Below, piece by piece: positions 54,404 through 64,000 of a stretch of DNA of 64,000 bases. Location of the stretch: the NCBI RefSeq assembly GCF_057098645.1, contig NZ_CM169472.1, one strand, 5' to 3'. Numbering within the stretch: the stretch's first letter is position 1; each line of letters begins with the position of its first letter. Position numbers and translations under genes: made by a program. The notes under the pieces were generated by a model, which was not told the origin of the DNA, ran no database searches, and was given only the letters and a program-made list of their open reading frames with translations.

Positions 54404-55384
54404 TCACAAACGCCCTTCCCCCACCCGCTGCTGATAACTCTGCTGAAACGTTATCATCCCCACCTGCTGCCCGGTTTGAATAACATGCGGTAACTGGTGG
54501 GTTTTCCCTTCGCGAATCAAATTCCCCACCGCGGGTGTGTTAATCAGCAATTCAAACAGCGCCACGCGTCCTTCCTGTTTATCCACTTCCAGCTTTTGTG
54601 ACAACACTGCCCGTAAACTACCTGCCAGTTGATTACGTACGGGATCTTTTTCCTGCGCCGGAAATGAATCCACCAGCCGCTTAACTGCCTGCGCCGCACC
54701 ACGCGTATGTAATGTTGCCAGCACCAAATGCCCGGTTTCTGCCGCCGTCAGCGCCAGACGGATTGTCTCGCTGTCACGCAGCTCTCCGAGCAAAATCACA
54801 TCAGGATCTTCCCGCAATGCGGCCCGCAATCCCGATGCGAACGTCATACAATTCAAACCGATTTCCCGCTGCTGGATCAAACATCGCTGGCTGGCATAGA
54901 GATATTCAACAGGATCTTCCAGCGTCAGAATATGCGCATCGGCATGTTGATTGAGATAGCCAACCATTGCCGCCAGCGTGGTGGATTTACCACTCCCCGT
55001 CGCCCCCGTCACCAGAATCAGGCCATTCTCGCTCTTGAGTAATTCCGGCAATACCGGTGGTGCGCCAAGCTGTTCGAGCTGCGGGCAGCACGAAGGTAAC
55101 AACCGTAACGCCAGAGAAATACCTTGCCGTTGTGCGAACGCACTGCCGCGCAATCGCTGGTTTTCCGCCAGCGACACGGCAAAATCCAGCTGACCATTCT
55201 TCAGCAATATTGCCCGCTGATCGTCATCCAGCCACTCCCGCAGTAGCTCTTCGACGTCCGGCGCATCAAACGGTGCAGCTTCCATTAGCCCGCGAATGCG
55301 CCATCGTGCGGGCCAGGCGCTGCACAGGTGTAGATCCGAGACGTTATGCTTTACACTAAGGGCCACAATTTCTTCCATATTCAT
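54404..55384 (-). CDS. yggR: PilT-like type IV pilus retraction ATPase homologue YggR
   Basis: ORF 54404..55459 trimmed to MNMEEIVALSVKHNVSDLHL (326 aa); Walker A GATGSGKST. Confidence 0.9.
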   Translation of the reverse strand: MNMEEIVALSVKHNVSDLHLCSAWPARWRIRGLMEAAPFDAPDVEELLREWLDDDQRAILLKNGQLDFAVSLAENQRLRGSAFAQRQGISLALRLLPSCCPQLEQLGAPPVLPELLKSENGLILVTGATGSGKSTTLAAMVGYLNQHADAHILTLEDPVEYLYASQRCLIQQREIGLNCMTFASGLRAALREDPDVILLGELRDSETIRLALTAAETGHLVLATLHTRGAAQAVKRLVDSFPAQEKDPVRNQLAGSLRAVLSQKLEVDKQEGRVALFELLINTPAVGNLIREGKTHQLPHVIQTGQQVGMITFQQSYQQRVGEGRL

Positions 55385-55401
55385 ACTAAGATCCTCGGAA
55401 A

Positions 55402-56106
55402 ATGAACGATATTGCGCATAACCTGGCACAGGTCCGGGACAAAATCTCAGCGGCTGCAACGCGTTGCGGCCGTTCTCCAGAAGAAATTACGCTGCTTGCA
55501 GTCAGTAAAACAAAACCTGCGAGCGCCATCGCAGAAGCCATTGATGCCGGGCAGCGTCAATTTGGTGAAAACTACGTTCAGGAAGGGGTAGATAAAATTC
55601 GCCACTTTCAGGAACTGGGCGTAACAGGATTAGAATGGCATTTTATTGGCCCGTTGCAGTCTAATAAAAGCCGCCTGGTGGCAGAGCATTTCGACTGGTG
55701 TCATACCATCGACCGTTTGCGCATCGCTACCCGCCTCAACGATCAGCGCCCGGCAGAACTTCCCCCTCTTAACGTGCTGATTCAAATTAATATTAGTGAT
55801 GAAAACAGTAAGTCCGGGATTCAACTGGCAGAACTGGACGAGCTGGCAGCTGCGGTCGCTGAACTACCGCGTTTACGTCTGCGCGGGCTGATGGCAATCC
55901 CTGCGCCTGAGTCAGAATATGTAAGGCAGTTTGAAGTTGCACGCCAAATGGCTGTAGCATTTGCCGGACTGAAAACGCGCTACCCGCATATCGACACGCT
56001 CTCTCTGGGAATGTCGGACGATATGGAAGCCGCCATTGCGGCAGGTAGCACGATGGTTCGTATCGGCACTGCAATTTTTGGTGCGCGTGATTACTCTAAA
56101 AAATAA
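55402..56106 (+). CDS. yggS: PLP-homeostasis protein (YggS/PROSC family)
   Basis: 234 aa; MNDIAHNLAQVRDKISAAATRCGRSPEEITLLAVSKTKP. Confidence 0.95.
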   Translation: MNDIAHNLAQVRDKISAAATRCGRSPEEITLLAVSKTKPASAIAEAIDAGQRQFGENYVQEGVDKIRHFQELGVTGLEWHFIGPLQSNKSRLVAEHFDWCHTIDRLRIATRLNDQRPAELPPLNVLIQINISDENSKSGIQLAELDELAAAVAELPRLRLRGLMAIPAPESEYVRQFEVARQMAVAFAGLKTRYPHIDTLSLGMSDDMEAAIAAGSTMVRIGTAIFGARDYSKK

Positions 56107-56123
56107 GGAATTAAAGGAACGCC

Positions 56124-56690
56124 ATGAATACGTTGACTTTCCTGCTTTCAACGGTCATTGAGCTGTATACCATGGTGCTGTTATTACGCATCTGGATGCA
56201 GTGGGCTCATTGTGATTTTTACAACCCCTTCTCACAGTTTGTAGTGAAGGTAACACAGCCAATTATCGGGCCACTGCGCCGCGTTATTCCGGCAATGGGA
56301 CCCATTGACAGCGCCTCGCTGCTGGTTGCCTATATTCTCAGTTTTATCAAAGCCATTGTGCTGTTTAAAGTGGTGACCTTCCTGCCAATCATCTGGATTG
56401 CCGGTTTACTGATTCTGCTGAAAACCATCGGCCTGCTGATTTTCTGGGTCCTGCTGGTGATGGCGATTATGAGCTGGGTAAGCCAGGGTCGTAGCCCGAT
56501 TGAATACGTGCTGATTCAGCTGGCCGATCCGCTGCTGCGCCCGATTCGCCGCCTGCTACCAGCAATGGGTGGGATTGATTTCTCGCCGATGATCCTCGTT
56601 CTGCTGCTGTATGTCATCAATATGGGTGTCGCAGAAGTATTACAGGCAACCGGAAACATGCTGCTGCCGGGGCTGTGGATGGCGTTATGA
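56124..56690 (+). CDS. yggT: YggT-family inner membrane protein
   Basis: 188 aa; two internal repeats, multi-TM. Confidence 0.9.
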
Positions 56691-56977
56691 GTGCCGTAAC
56701 AGTTAATGATGACGGTCTGGTTTTACGGCTCTATATTCAGCCGAAAGCCAGCCGTGATTCTATTGTCGGTTTACATGGCGACGAGGTAAAAGTCGCCATT
56801 ACCGCGCCACCGGTTGACGGTCAGGCCAACAGCCATCTGGTGAAGTTTCTCGGTAAGCAATTCCGGGTTGCCAAAAGCCTGGTGGTGATTGAAAAAGGCG
56901 AACTTGGCCGCCACAAACAAATTAAAATCATTAATCCGCAACAAATCCCGCCAGAAATCGCGGCGTTAATTAATTAG
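56687..56977 (+). CDS. yggU: UPF0235 protein YggU
   Basis: ORF 56675..56977 trimmed to [24 protein letters not shown] (96 aa); ATGA overlap with yggT. Confidence 0.9.
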   Translation: MSAVTVNDDGLVLRLYIQPKASRDSIVGLHGDEVKVAITAPPVDGQANSHLVKFLGKQFRVAKSLVVIEKGELGRHKQIKIINPQQIPPEIAALIN

Positions 56978-56984
56978 GTATCCT

Positions 56985-57578
56985 ATGCAAAAAGTTGTCC
57001 TCGCAACCGGCAATGCCGGTAAAGTGCGTGAGCTGGCGTCGCTGCTTAGCGACTTCGGTCTTGATATCGTGGCCCAAACAGACCTCGGCGTAGATTCCGC
57101 TGAAGAAACCGGCCTGACCTTTATCGAAAACGCGATTCTGAAAGCGCGCCATGCGGCAAAAGTGACCGGTTTACCGGCAATTGCCGACGACTCCGGTCTG
57201 GCGGTAGATGTACTTGGCGGTGCGCCGGGGATTTACTCCGCGCGTTATTCCGGTGAAGACGCGACCGATCAAAAGAATCTGCAAAAACTGCTGGAAACAC
57301 TGAAAGACGTACCGGACGACCAACGTCAGGCGCGTTTCCACTGCGTGCTGGTATATCTGCGTCACGCGGAAGATCCGACTCCGCTGGTGTGCCACGGTAG
57401 TTGGCCGGGCATGATTACTCGTGAACCAGCGGGTACTGGCGGCTTTGGTTATGATCCAATCTTCTTCGTACCTTCCGAAGGGAAAACCGCTGCCGAACTG
57501 ACCCGCGAAGAAAAGAGCGCCATTTCCCACCGTGGTCAGGCATTGAAACTGCTGCTGGACGCTTTACGTAATGGTTAA
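56985..57578 (+). CDS. rdgB: dITP/XTP pyrophosphatase
   Basis: 197 aa; [43 protein letters not shown]. Confidence 0.95.
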   Translation: MQKVVLATGNAGKVRELASLLSDFGLDIVAQTDLGVDSAEETGLTFIENAILKARHAAKVTGLPAIADDSGLAVDVLGGAPGIYSARYSGEDATDQKNLQKLLETLKDVPDDQRQARFHCVLVYLRHAEDPTPLVCHGSWPGMITREPAGTGGFGYDPIFFVPSEGKTAAELTREEKSAISHRGQALKLLLDALRNG

Positions 57579-58707
57579 ATTACCGCCGCTGAGTCTCTAC
57601 ATTCACATCCCGTGGTGCGTGCAGAAATGCCCGTACTGCGATTTCAACTCTCACGCGTTGAAAGGAGAAGTGCCGCACGACGATTATGTTCAGCATCTGC
57701 TTTGCGATCTGGACAATGATGTGGCTTACGCTCAGGGCCGTGAAGTAAAGACAATCTTTATTGGCGGTGGTACGCCGAGCCTGCTTTCCGGCCCGGCGAT
57801 GCAAACGCTGCTGGACGGCGTGCGTGCGCGTTTGCCGCTGGCAGCGGATGCAGAAATTACTATGGAAGCGAACCCAGGCACGGTAGAAGCGGATCGCTTT
57901 GTCGATTATCAGCGTGCTGGTGTGAACCGCATCTCTATTGGTGTGCAGAGTTTTAGCGAAGAAAAGCTGAAACGACTTGGGCGTATTCATGGCCCGCAAG
58001 AAGCGAATCGAGCGGCAAAGCTGGCGAGCGGGCTGGGGCTGCGTAGCTTTAACCTTGATTTGATGCATGGGCTGCCGGATCAATCACTGGAAGAGGCGCT
58101 TGGCGATCTACGCCAGGCCATTGAACTGAATCCGCCGCATCTTTCCTGGTATCAACTGACCATCGAACCCAATACGCTGTTTGGTTCGCGACCACCGGTG
58201 CTGCCGGACGATGACGCGCTGTGGGATATTTTCGAACAGGGGCATCAGTTATTAACCGCAGCGGGTTATCAGCAATATGAAACTTCCGCTTACGCCAAAC
58301 CCGGTTATCAGTGCCAGCACAATCTCAACTACTGGCGATTTGGTGACTACATCGGTATTGGCTGCGGCGCGCACGGCAAAGTCACCTTCCCGGATGGTCG
58401 CATTCTGCGTACCACCAAAACGCGTCATCCGCGTGGTTTTATGCAAGGAAGGTATCTGGAAAGCCAGCGTGATGTCGAAGCCGCAGATAAGCCGTTTGAG
58501 TTCTTTATGAATCGCTTCCGTCTGCTGGAGGCCGCGCCGCGCATGGAGTTTAGCCAGTATACTGGCCTTTCTGAAGAAGTTATTCGCCCACAGTTAGAAG
58601 AGGCTATCGCTCAGGGTTATCTCACAGAATGTGCGGATTACTGGCAAATAACGGAACATGGGAAGCTGTTTTTAAATTCGCTGCTGGAGCTTTTTCTGGC
58701 GGAGTAA
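57571..58707 (+). CDS. hemW: radical-SAM haem chaperone HemW
   Basis: 378 aa; [10 protein letters not shown] radical-SAM cysteine motif. Confidence 0.93.
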   Translation: MVKLPPLSLYIHIPWCVQKCPYCDFNSHALKGEVPHDDYVQHLLCDLDNDVAYAQGREVKTIFIGGGTPSLLSGPAMQTLLDGVRARLPLAADAEITMEANPGTVEADRFVDYQRAGVNRISIGVQSFSEEKLKRLGRIHGPQEANRAAKLASGLGLRSFNLDLMHGLPDQSLEEALGDLRQAIELNPPHLSWYQLTIEPNTLFGSRPPVLPDDDALWDIFEQGHQLLTAAGYQQYETSAYAKPGYQCQHNLNYWRFGDYIGIGCGAHGKVTFPDGRILRTTKTRHPRGFMQGRYLESQRDVEAADKPFEFFMNRFRLLEAAPRMEFSQYTGLSEEVIRPQLEEAIAQGYLTECADYWQITEHGKLFLNSLLELFLAE

Positions 58708-58711
58708 ATTT

Positions 58712-58772
58712 GTATTGCCGGATGCGGCGTGCGTGTACGCAGCATCCGGCCACAACTCATGCGTTATCGCAA
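58712..58772. repeat. REP element
   Basis: TTGCCGGATGCGGCGTGCGTGTACGCAGCATCCGGCCA palindrome. Confidence 0.7.
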
Positions 58773-58775
58773 AAA

Positions 58776-59783
58776 TTACTTAATCACCCCATTGCGCCGC
58801 AGTTGTTCGGTATCTTTTTTCCAGCGTTCATTAGCCTGGTTGATATCGTCAATTTTCATCAAAATCGCGACTTTTTTACTGTTTATTTCTGAAACTTTCA
58901 TCGTTAAAGGATATTGCCCTTTTTCGAGCGTTATCCAGTCATCCTGCAATTTACGGCTAAGTTTTTGTGATTGCAGAAAAGTCTGTCGCCGTTGTTCGTT
59001 GATATCGAAATCTCGCTTCTGCTGAATCGGCACTTCATAACACTCTTCACTCTGTTTATGACATGCCGCAATCGCCGGTTGATAAACCTCTTTGTCATAT
59101 TTAACCGCGAACGCCTCGCTATCATTCTGTTTATTAAACTCATCACGCTGTTGGTGAATTTTTTTAAAGGCGTCTTCGCGGGTCATTTGCTTACCGTTTG
59201 CATCTTTTCCCCAATATGCATCCGCTGCTTTCTGCGCCGCCACCATTTGCTTATCAAGCGCTTTCACTTCCTTTTCCAGCGCAGGAATCGAGTTCTTCTG
59301 GGTATTCAACGCAGACTCAAGCTGACTAAAGCGATAATTGAAATCTTCGCTATTCACGATCAGATATTTATTATTCGTTTTGATATCGTCGACCACCCGC
59401 CCACGATCGCTGGCTGCCGCCTGAAAAGAGTAAAAGTTCACCGACCAGCCAGACGCGGGCGTTCCTTTACTGGTTAACATCGCCGAGAATTTTACCGGTT
59501 TATCTTTCGTCCAGGTCTGTTCGAGCAGTTCGTAATCTGCCAACTGACCGACCCAGGTATAGAGATCGTCACTGGAAGAGACATCGCCTTCCGCTGACCA
59601 GGTGGCCTGATTACCCTTAGCATCAAGATTTTTTAAGGTGATGGCATCAAGCTTGAGAATGCCGTGATACTGCTTTTTGAATTGAGCTTTTAAGATATTT
59701 TCAGTTGGCGGTTCGCCATCTGCCCAGACATTACCAGTCATCAACACAAGCAGCGCCGTGCCAACAATCCATTGCTTTTTCAC
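58776..59783 (-). CDS. yggM: DUF1202 family periplasmic protein YggM
   Basis: 335 aa; signal peptide MKKQWIVGTALLVLMTGNVWA. Confidence 0.88.
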   Translation of the reverse strand: MKKQWIVGTALLVLMTGNVWADGEPPTENILKAQFKKQYHGILKLDAITLKNLDAKGNQATWSAEGDVSSSDDLYTWVGQLADYELLEQTWTKDKPVKFSAMLTSKGTPASGWSVNFYSFQAAASDRGRVVDDIKTNNKYLIVNSEDFNYRFSQLESALNTQKNSIPALEKEVKALDKQMVAAQKAADAYWGKDANGKQMTREDAFKKIHQQRDEFNKQNDSEAFAVKYDKEVYQPAIAACHKQSEECYEVPIQQKRDFDINEQRRQTFLQSQKLSRKLQDDWITLEKGQYPLTMKVSEINSKKVAILMKIDDINQANERWKKDTEQLRRNGVIK

Positions 59784-59899
59784 CCGAAAACCCTCGCGCG
59801 GAATAATTTATTCCGGTGATTATCATCAGGGTAATAAAAATTGGCAATGGACGTAAGTCTGAAGTGTAAAAGCCCCGGCACGATACCGGGGCGAGGTGG

Positions 59900-60946
59900 T
59901 TAGTACTGATTGAAGATCTGCTGGATCTGCTGCGGATCTTTGGTTTGCGTCAGAGCCAGTTGCAGCAGAACGCGCGCTTTTTGCGGGTTCAACGTGCCAG
60001 AGGCGACGAAGCCGTATTTCGCATCATCCACTTCGGCATCCTGAGTGGTAGCGCCCGTCGGTACGCGGGAAGAACGCACGACTGCAGTGCCGTTTTTCGC
60101 GGCGGTCGCCAGAGTGTCAAATACGGTTTTATACAGGTTGCCGTTACCCACACCAGCGCTAACGATGCCATCATAGCCCGCATCTACCAGTGCTTTAGCC
60201 GGAAGATCGGATGCGTTAGCGTAGTTATAAACAATGCCGACTTTCGGCAGTTCATTCAGCTTAGAGACATCGAACGGCGTGTCGCTGGTGTGCTTACGTG
60301 CCGGGGTACGTTGGTAGTCAATCTTACCGTTGTGAATGTAACCCAGAGGACCGTAGTTAACAGACTTGAAGGTCGCTACGTCGGTGGTGTTGGTTTTGGT
60401 GACATCCCGCCCATCCAGTACGGTGTCGTTCATCACCACCAGCACGCCACGATTAGCGGAGGCTTTATCAGCTGCAGTCACTACCGCGTTATACAGGTTG
60501 AATGGACCGTCTGCGCTCATGGACGTGGACGGGCGCATTGCGCCGACCATCACCACCGGTTTGTCGCATTTCACCGTCAGGTCGAGGAAGTAAGCGGTTT
60601 CTTCCATCGTGTCGGTACCGTGAGTAATGACGAAACCGTCGGTTTTATCGCAGTCGGTGTTAATTTTTTTCGCCAGTGTCAGCCAGACATCATCGTTCAT
60701 GTTCTGGGAGCCGATATTCACTACCTGCTCGCCTTTAACGTTCGCAATGTCCTTCAGTTGCGGCACCGCATTAACCAGATTTTCTACGCCAACTTTACCC
60801 GCTGTGTAGTTAGATTTGGTTGCGGAGTCACCACCACCGGCAATGGTCCCGCCGGTTGCTAAAATGGTGATATTGGGTAATGCCAATGCTGCACCACTAA
60901 AACCCATAACCAGTGCGGCAAGTGCCGTCTTTTTGAAAAACTCCAT
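59900..60946 (-). CDS. ansB: periplasmic L-asparaginase II
   Basis: 348 aa; MEFFKKTALAALVMGFSGAALALPNITILATGGTIAGGGDS. Confidence 0.97.
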   Translation of the reverse strand: MEFFKKTALAALVMGFSGAALALPNITILATGGTIAGGGDSATKSNYTAGKVGVENLVNAVPQLKDIANVKGEQVVNIGSQNMNDDVWLTLAKKINTDCDKTDGFVITHGTDTMEETAYFLDLTVKCDKPVVMVGAMRPSTSMSADGPFNLYNAVVTAADKASANRGVLVVMNDTVLDGRDVTKTNTTDVATFKSVNYGPLGYIHNGKIDYQRTPARKHTSDTPFDVSKLNELPKVGIVYNYANASDLPAKALVDAGYDGIVSAGVGNGNLYKTVFDTLATAAKNGTAVVRSSRVPTGATTQDAEVDDAKYGFVASGTLNPQKARVLLQLALTQTKDPQQIQQIFNQY

Positions 60947-61121
60947 TTCATTCCTCCAGTTACGTGAACGCTACGCATTATCCCTTAGCTTTGCATGGGA
61001 AATTTGACGTTAAACAATTTACAACGTGAATATATTTTGGAGATCTACAAAGTTAGAGGCAGGTAACAAAACGAAGAATTAAACGGCATAAAAAAGTATT
61101 ATACCGTCTTAAAATAGAGGA

Positions 61122-61841
61122 TTATTTTAAATTCCCGACCAGGGCTTTGCGGCTATCTTCCAGAGTCACAACGCGGCTACAAACATCTTTGCCAAACTGC
61201 TGGAAATCTTTTTCCTGCTTTTTCCACTCGGTTTGGATTGAGGATTGCAGACCGCCCAGACTTCCCAGCACATTCTGTAATGGGTTGCCGCCGCTTTTCA
61301 GCACCGCTTTCGCGCCCATTTCATTAATGCTGTCCTGTAAAATTCCGCCCATTGCCTGATTCACTAATTGCTGGCCTTCAGCGCGAACCTGATCAATGGC
61401 TTTATAGTGGAACGTCAGGCCATCGCTGCGCGTTTCGATAATACGGTTCATCTGCTCTTTCAGCTGCGCATCAAGTTTGGTCAGACGGCTGCGCATTTTG
61501 CTGCTTTCGCCCATCTCCTGAACGATAATTTTATCCAGAGCAATACGGGCTTTCTCGACGCGGCTTTTCGCGCCTTCATCAATCCACGGCAGCGTGCTAC
61601 GTAGTTCAGCCTGATAATCCTTCGCCTGCTCGCGCTGGGCGGCATTCAGGGAATATTGCTTACCGTTATACATCACGTTGCCGTCTGGCGTGATCACCAG
61701 ATTGCCGTTTTCGCCCTTCACCTGCACGGTTTGCGGGCTGACAATCACATCGTCACGCGGCGTGACGCTGCACTGGTAGTCGGCGTGAGCGGTCATTGCC
61801 GTCACTGAAAGTGCTGCCGCCAGCAGCATTTTGCGCATCAT
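61122..61841 (-). CDS. yggN: DUF2884 family periplasmic protein YggN
   Basis: 239 aa; signal peptide MMRKMLLAAALSVTAMTAHA. Confidence 0.88.
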   Translation of the reverse strand: MMRKMLLAAALSVTAMTAHADYQCSVTPRDDVIVSPQTVQVKGENGNLVITPDGNVMYNGKQYSLNAAQREQAKDYQAELRSTLPWIDEGAKSRVEKARIALDKIIVQEMGESSKMRSRLTKLDAQLKEQMNRIIETRSDGLTFHYKAIDQVRAEGQQLVNQAMGGILQDSINEMGAKAVLKSGGNPLQNVLGSLGGLQSSIQTEWKKQEKDFQQFGKDVCSRVVTLEDSRKALVGNLK

Positions 61842-61894
61842 AGTCTTCCCTCAAGAACAAATCAGGCCAGCATTTGCTGGCCCCAGATTGATAA

Positions 61895-62010
61895 CAAAGT
61901 ACGCGTTTTCCATGCCGGATGCGGCGTAAACGCCTTATCCCGCCTACTCGATCGTGCATCTTTGTAGGCATGATAAGCGTAGCGCATCAGGCAGTTTTGC
62001 ATTTGTCATC
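61895..62010. repeat. REP elements
   Basis: ATGCCGGATGCGGCGTAAACGCCTTATCC and TGATAAGCGTAGCGCATCAGGCA motifs. Confidence 0.75.
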
Positions 62011-62024
62011 GCCCGTATGCTTTC

Positions 62025-62351
62025 TTAGTCCCACCAAACGTCGAAAAGTTCGCTGGTGCGTACCTCATCCAGTTTGCGCTCTTCCAGCCACTTACGCACA
62101 ATCGCCTGATGTTCTTCGGTGCATTTGCCGATTTCCTGCATGCAGATCAGACCTTCCCAGGCCAGATAACCGCTGCCGTCAAAGGCCAGTTTGTTCGGTT
62201 CGATAACCTCATTAATAAAATCATCAACGGTTTTATCAATCTGTTCTTCCGATGTACCTTCCGGGAATCGCCATGCCACCGAAAATCCTAATTCCTGGAA
62301 TTCGTCGATGTGCATTTTTTTACGCAGACGACGGCTACGGTTCTTTGCCAT
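62025..62351 (-). CDS. yggL: DUF469 protein YggL
   Basis: ORF 62025..62381 trimmed to [29 protein letters not shown] (108 aa). Confidence 0.9.
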   Translation of the reverse strand: MAKNRSRRLRKKMHIDEFQELGFSVAWRFPEGTSEEQIDKTVDDFINEVIEPNKLAFDGSGYLAWEGLICMQEIGKCTEEHQAIVRKWLEERKLDEVRTSELFDVWWD

Positions 62352-63070
62352 TATTTCACCCTCTCGAACATTAAGTCCCATACTCCGTGACCAAGACGAT
62401 GACCACGTTGTTCAAATTTCGTCACCGGACGTGATGCCGGACGCGGTACGTAATCATTGCTCTCTGACAGGTTTTTATAACCGTCAATAGAAGACATCAC
62501 TTCAAGCATATGTTCCGCATAAGGTTCCCAGTCGGTCGCCATATGGAATACGCCCCCCAGCTGCAGTTTGCTTTTTACCAGTTCGGCAAACGGCACCTGA
62601 ACGATACGGCGTTTATTATGGCGCGCTTTGTGCCACGGGTCAGGGAAAAAGAGCTGCACCATGCGCAATGAATTGTCAGGAATCATTTTATGCAGCACTT
62701 CAACCGCATCGTGACACATCACGCGCAGGTTGCTTAAGCCCTCTTCATGCGCAGAAGCCAGGCACGCACCAACGCCCGGTGAATGCACTTCAATGCCGAA
62801 GAAGTCCTGCTCGGGGCGATCTTTAGCCATTGCCACCAGCGACGCCCCCATGCCAAAACCAATCTCAAGCGTCACCGGCGCTTCACGGCCAAAAAGCGCG
62901 GGGAAATCCAGCATATCTTCGCTGAACTCAACGCCCATCACCGGCCAGTAGTTTTCCAGCGCATGTTCCTGGCCTTTGGTCAGTCGCCCCTGGCGGCGCA
63001 CAAAACTACGGATACGGCGCAGTGGGCGGCCGTTTTCATCAAATTCCGGTGAAATGACGTCGTTTTTCAT
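62351..63070 (-). CDS. trmB: tRNA (guanine46-N7)-methyltransferase
   Basis: 239 aa; [43 protein letters not shown]. Confidence 0.95.
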   Translation of the reverse strand: MKNDVISPEFDENGRPLRRIRSFVRRQGRLTKGQEHALENYWPVMGVEFSEDMLDFPALFGREAPVTLEIGFGMGASLVAMAKDRPEQDFFGIEVHSPGVGACLASAHEEGLSNLRVMCHDAVEVLHKMIPDNSLRMVQLFFPDPWHKARHNKRRIVQVPFAELVKSKLQLGGVFHMATDWEPYAEHMLEVMSSIDGYKNLSESNDYVPRPASRPVTKFEQRGHRLGHGVWDLMFERVK

Positions 63071-63230
63071 AAAGATTTAGTCGCTTGTGAAAGTGTTCTG
63101 AAAACGGGCATTATCCAAAGTTAGTTGCCGGATGCAAGCATGATAAGGCCGTGGCTGCGGAAAGTTCCGGTTTACACCCTGCCGTCGCTGTGCTGCAATC
63201 TGGCCCCCAACAACAGTGAATTCGGTGACC

Positions 63231-64000
63231 ATGCAAGCGTCGCAATTTTCAGCCCAGGTTCTGGACTGGTACGATAAATACGGGCGAAAAACTCTGCCCT
63301 GGCAAATTGACAAGACGCCCTACAAAGTATGGCTATCAGAAGTGATGTTGCAACAAACTCAGGTTGCGACCGTTATCCCCTATTTTGAACGCTTTATGGC
63401 GCGCTTCCCGACGGTGACCGATCTCGCCAATGCGCCGCTCGACGAAGTTCTCCACTTGTGGACCGGGCTTGGCTATTACGCCCGCGCGCGCAATCTGCAT
63501 AAAGCGGCACAACAAGTGGCGACCTTACACGGCGGTAAATTCCCGGAAACCTTTGAGGAAGTTGCAGCACTGCCGGGCGTCGGGCGTTCCACCGCAGGCG
63601 CGATTCTCTCGCTTTCTCTGGGTAAGCACTTTCCGATTCTCGACGGTAACGTCAAACGGGTGCTGGCGCGCTGCTATGCTGTAAGCGGCTGGTCTGGGAA
63701 AAAAGAGGTCGAGAATAAATTATGGAGTTTGAGCGAGCAGGTGACGCCCGCGGTCGGCGTGGAACGGTTTAATCAGGCGATGATGGATTTGGGCGCGATG
63801 ATTTGCACGCGTTCGAAGCCGAAATGTTCGCTCTGTCCGCTACAAAACGGATGTATTGCCGCCACCAACAATAGCTGGTCGCTTTATCCGGGCAAAAAAC
63901 CGAAACAGACGCTGCCGGAGCGCACCGGCTACTTTCTCCTGTTACAGCACGAAGATGAAGTATTGCTGGCGCAGCGTCCGCCGAGCGGATTGTGGGGCGG
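63231..64000 (+). CDS. mutY: adenine DNA glycosylase MutY, N-terminal part; gene continues past window end
   Basis: hand translation [59 protein letters not shown]; track shows only out-of-frame ORFs here because no in-frame stop occurs before window end. Confidence 0.88.
   Translation, partial: MQASQFSAQVLDWYDKYGRKTLPWQIDKTPYKVWLSEVMLQQTQVATVIPYFERFMARFPTVTDLANAPLDEVLHLWTGLGYYARARNLHKAAQQVATLHGGKFPETFEEVAALPGVGRSTAGAILSLSLGKHFPILDGNVKRVLARCYAVSGWSGKKEVENKLWSLSEQVTPAVGVERFNQAMMDLGAMICTRSKPKCSLCPLQNGCIAATNNSWSLYPGKKPKQTLPERTGYFLLLQHEDEVLLAQRPPSGLWG

Overview
This window is an Escherichia coli-type chromosomal segment that is syntenic with the K-12 gcvP-to-mutY interval (about 65-66.6 min). 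All calls rest on reading the six-frame translations and the raw sequence and comparing them with reference proteins from memory; no database search was run. Coordinates derived from ORF-track offsets are reliable; those read by hand (ssrS, Sib/Ibs, IS ends, palindromes, REP blocks) are approximate.

Core backbone genes present: gcvTHP (gcvP truncated at the window start), ubiI, ubiH, pepP, ygfB, zapA, ssrS (6S RNA), fau/ygfA, serA, rpiA, argP, the sbm operon (scpA-argK-scpB-scpC), ygfI, yggE, argO, mscS, fbaA, pgk, epd, yggCDFP, cmtAB, tktA, loiP, speB, speA, yqgB, metK, galP, sprT, endA, rsmE, gshB, yqgE, ruvX, yggR, yggSTU, rdgB, hemW, yggM, ansB, yggN, yggL, trmB and the start of mutY.

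The backbone is interrupted by several features that I believe are absent from the K-12 reference:
- a tandem pair of Sib/Ibs type I toxin-antitoxin modules between fau and serA;
- an AT-rich two-gene islet between argO and mscS (a DUF1963/YwqG-like protein plus an orphan TRAP-type solute-binding protein);
- a five-gene operon between epd and yggC (a PPC/DUF296-domain protein followed by an ECF-type transporter: S component, T component and two ATPases, the second with a degenerate signature motif);
- an SPFH/band-7 gene between cmtB and tktA, split after codon 3 by a complete 1310-bp IS629-like IS3-family element with a 3-bp target duplication;
- a 243-aa lipoprotein gene between speB and speA.

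Three genes of the cryptic methylmalonyl-CoA pathway carry apparent inactivating lesions: scpA/sbm has a 62-bp frameshifting deletion that removes the cobalamin-binding DxHxxG motif, argK has an in-frame TGG-to-TAG change, and ygfI has an in-frame CAA-to-TAA change. scpB and scpC are intact.

The most interesting candidate for an undescribed system is the PPC-domain plus ECF-transporter operon with its upstream 16-bp palindrome. The IS629 content and the islets suggest an O157:H7-like or Shigella-like lineage rather than K-12; that is inference.
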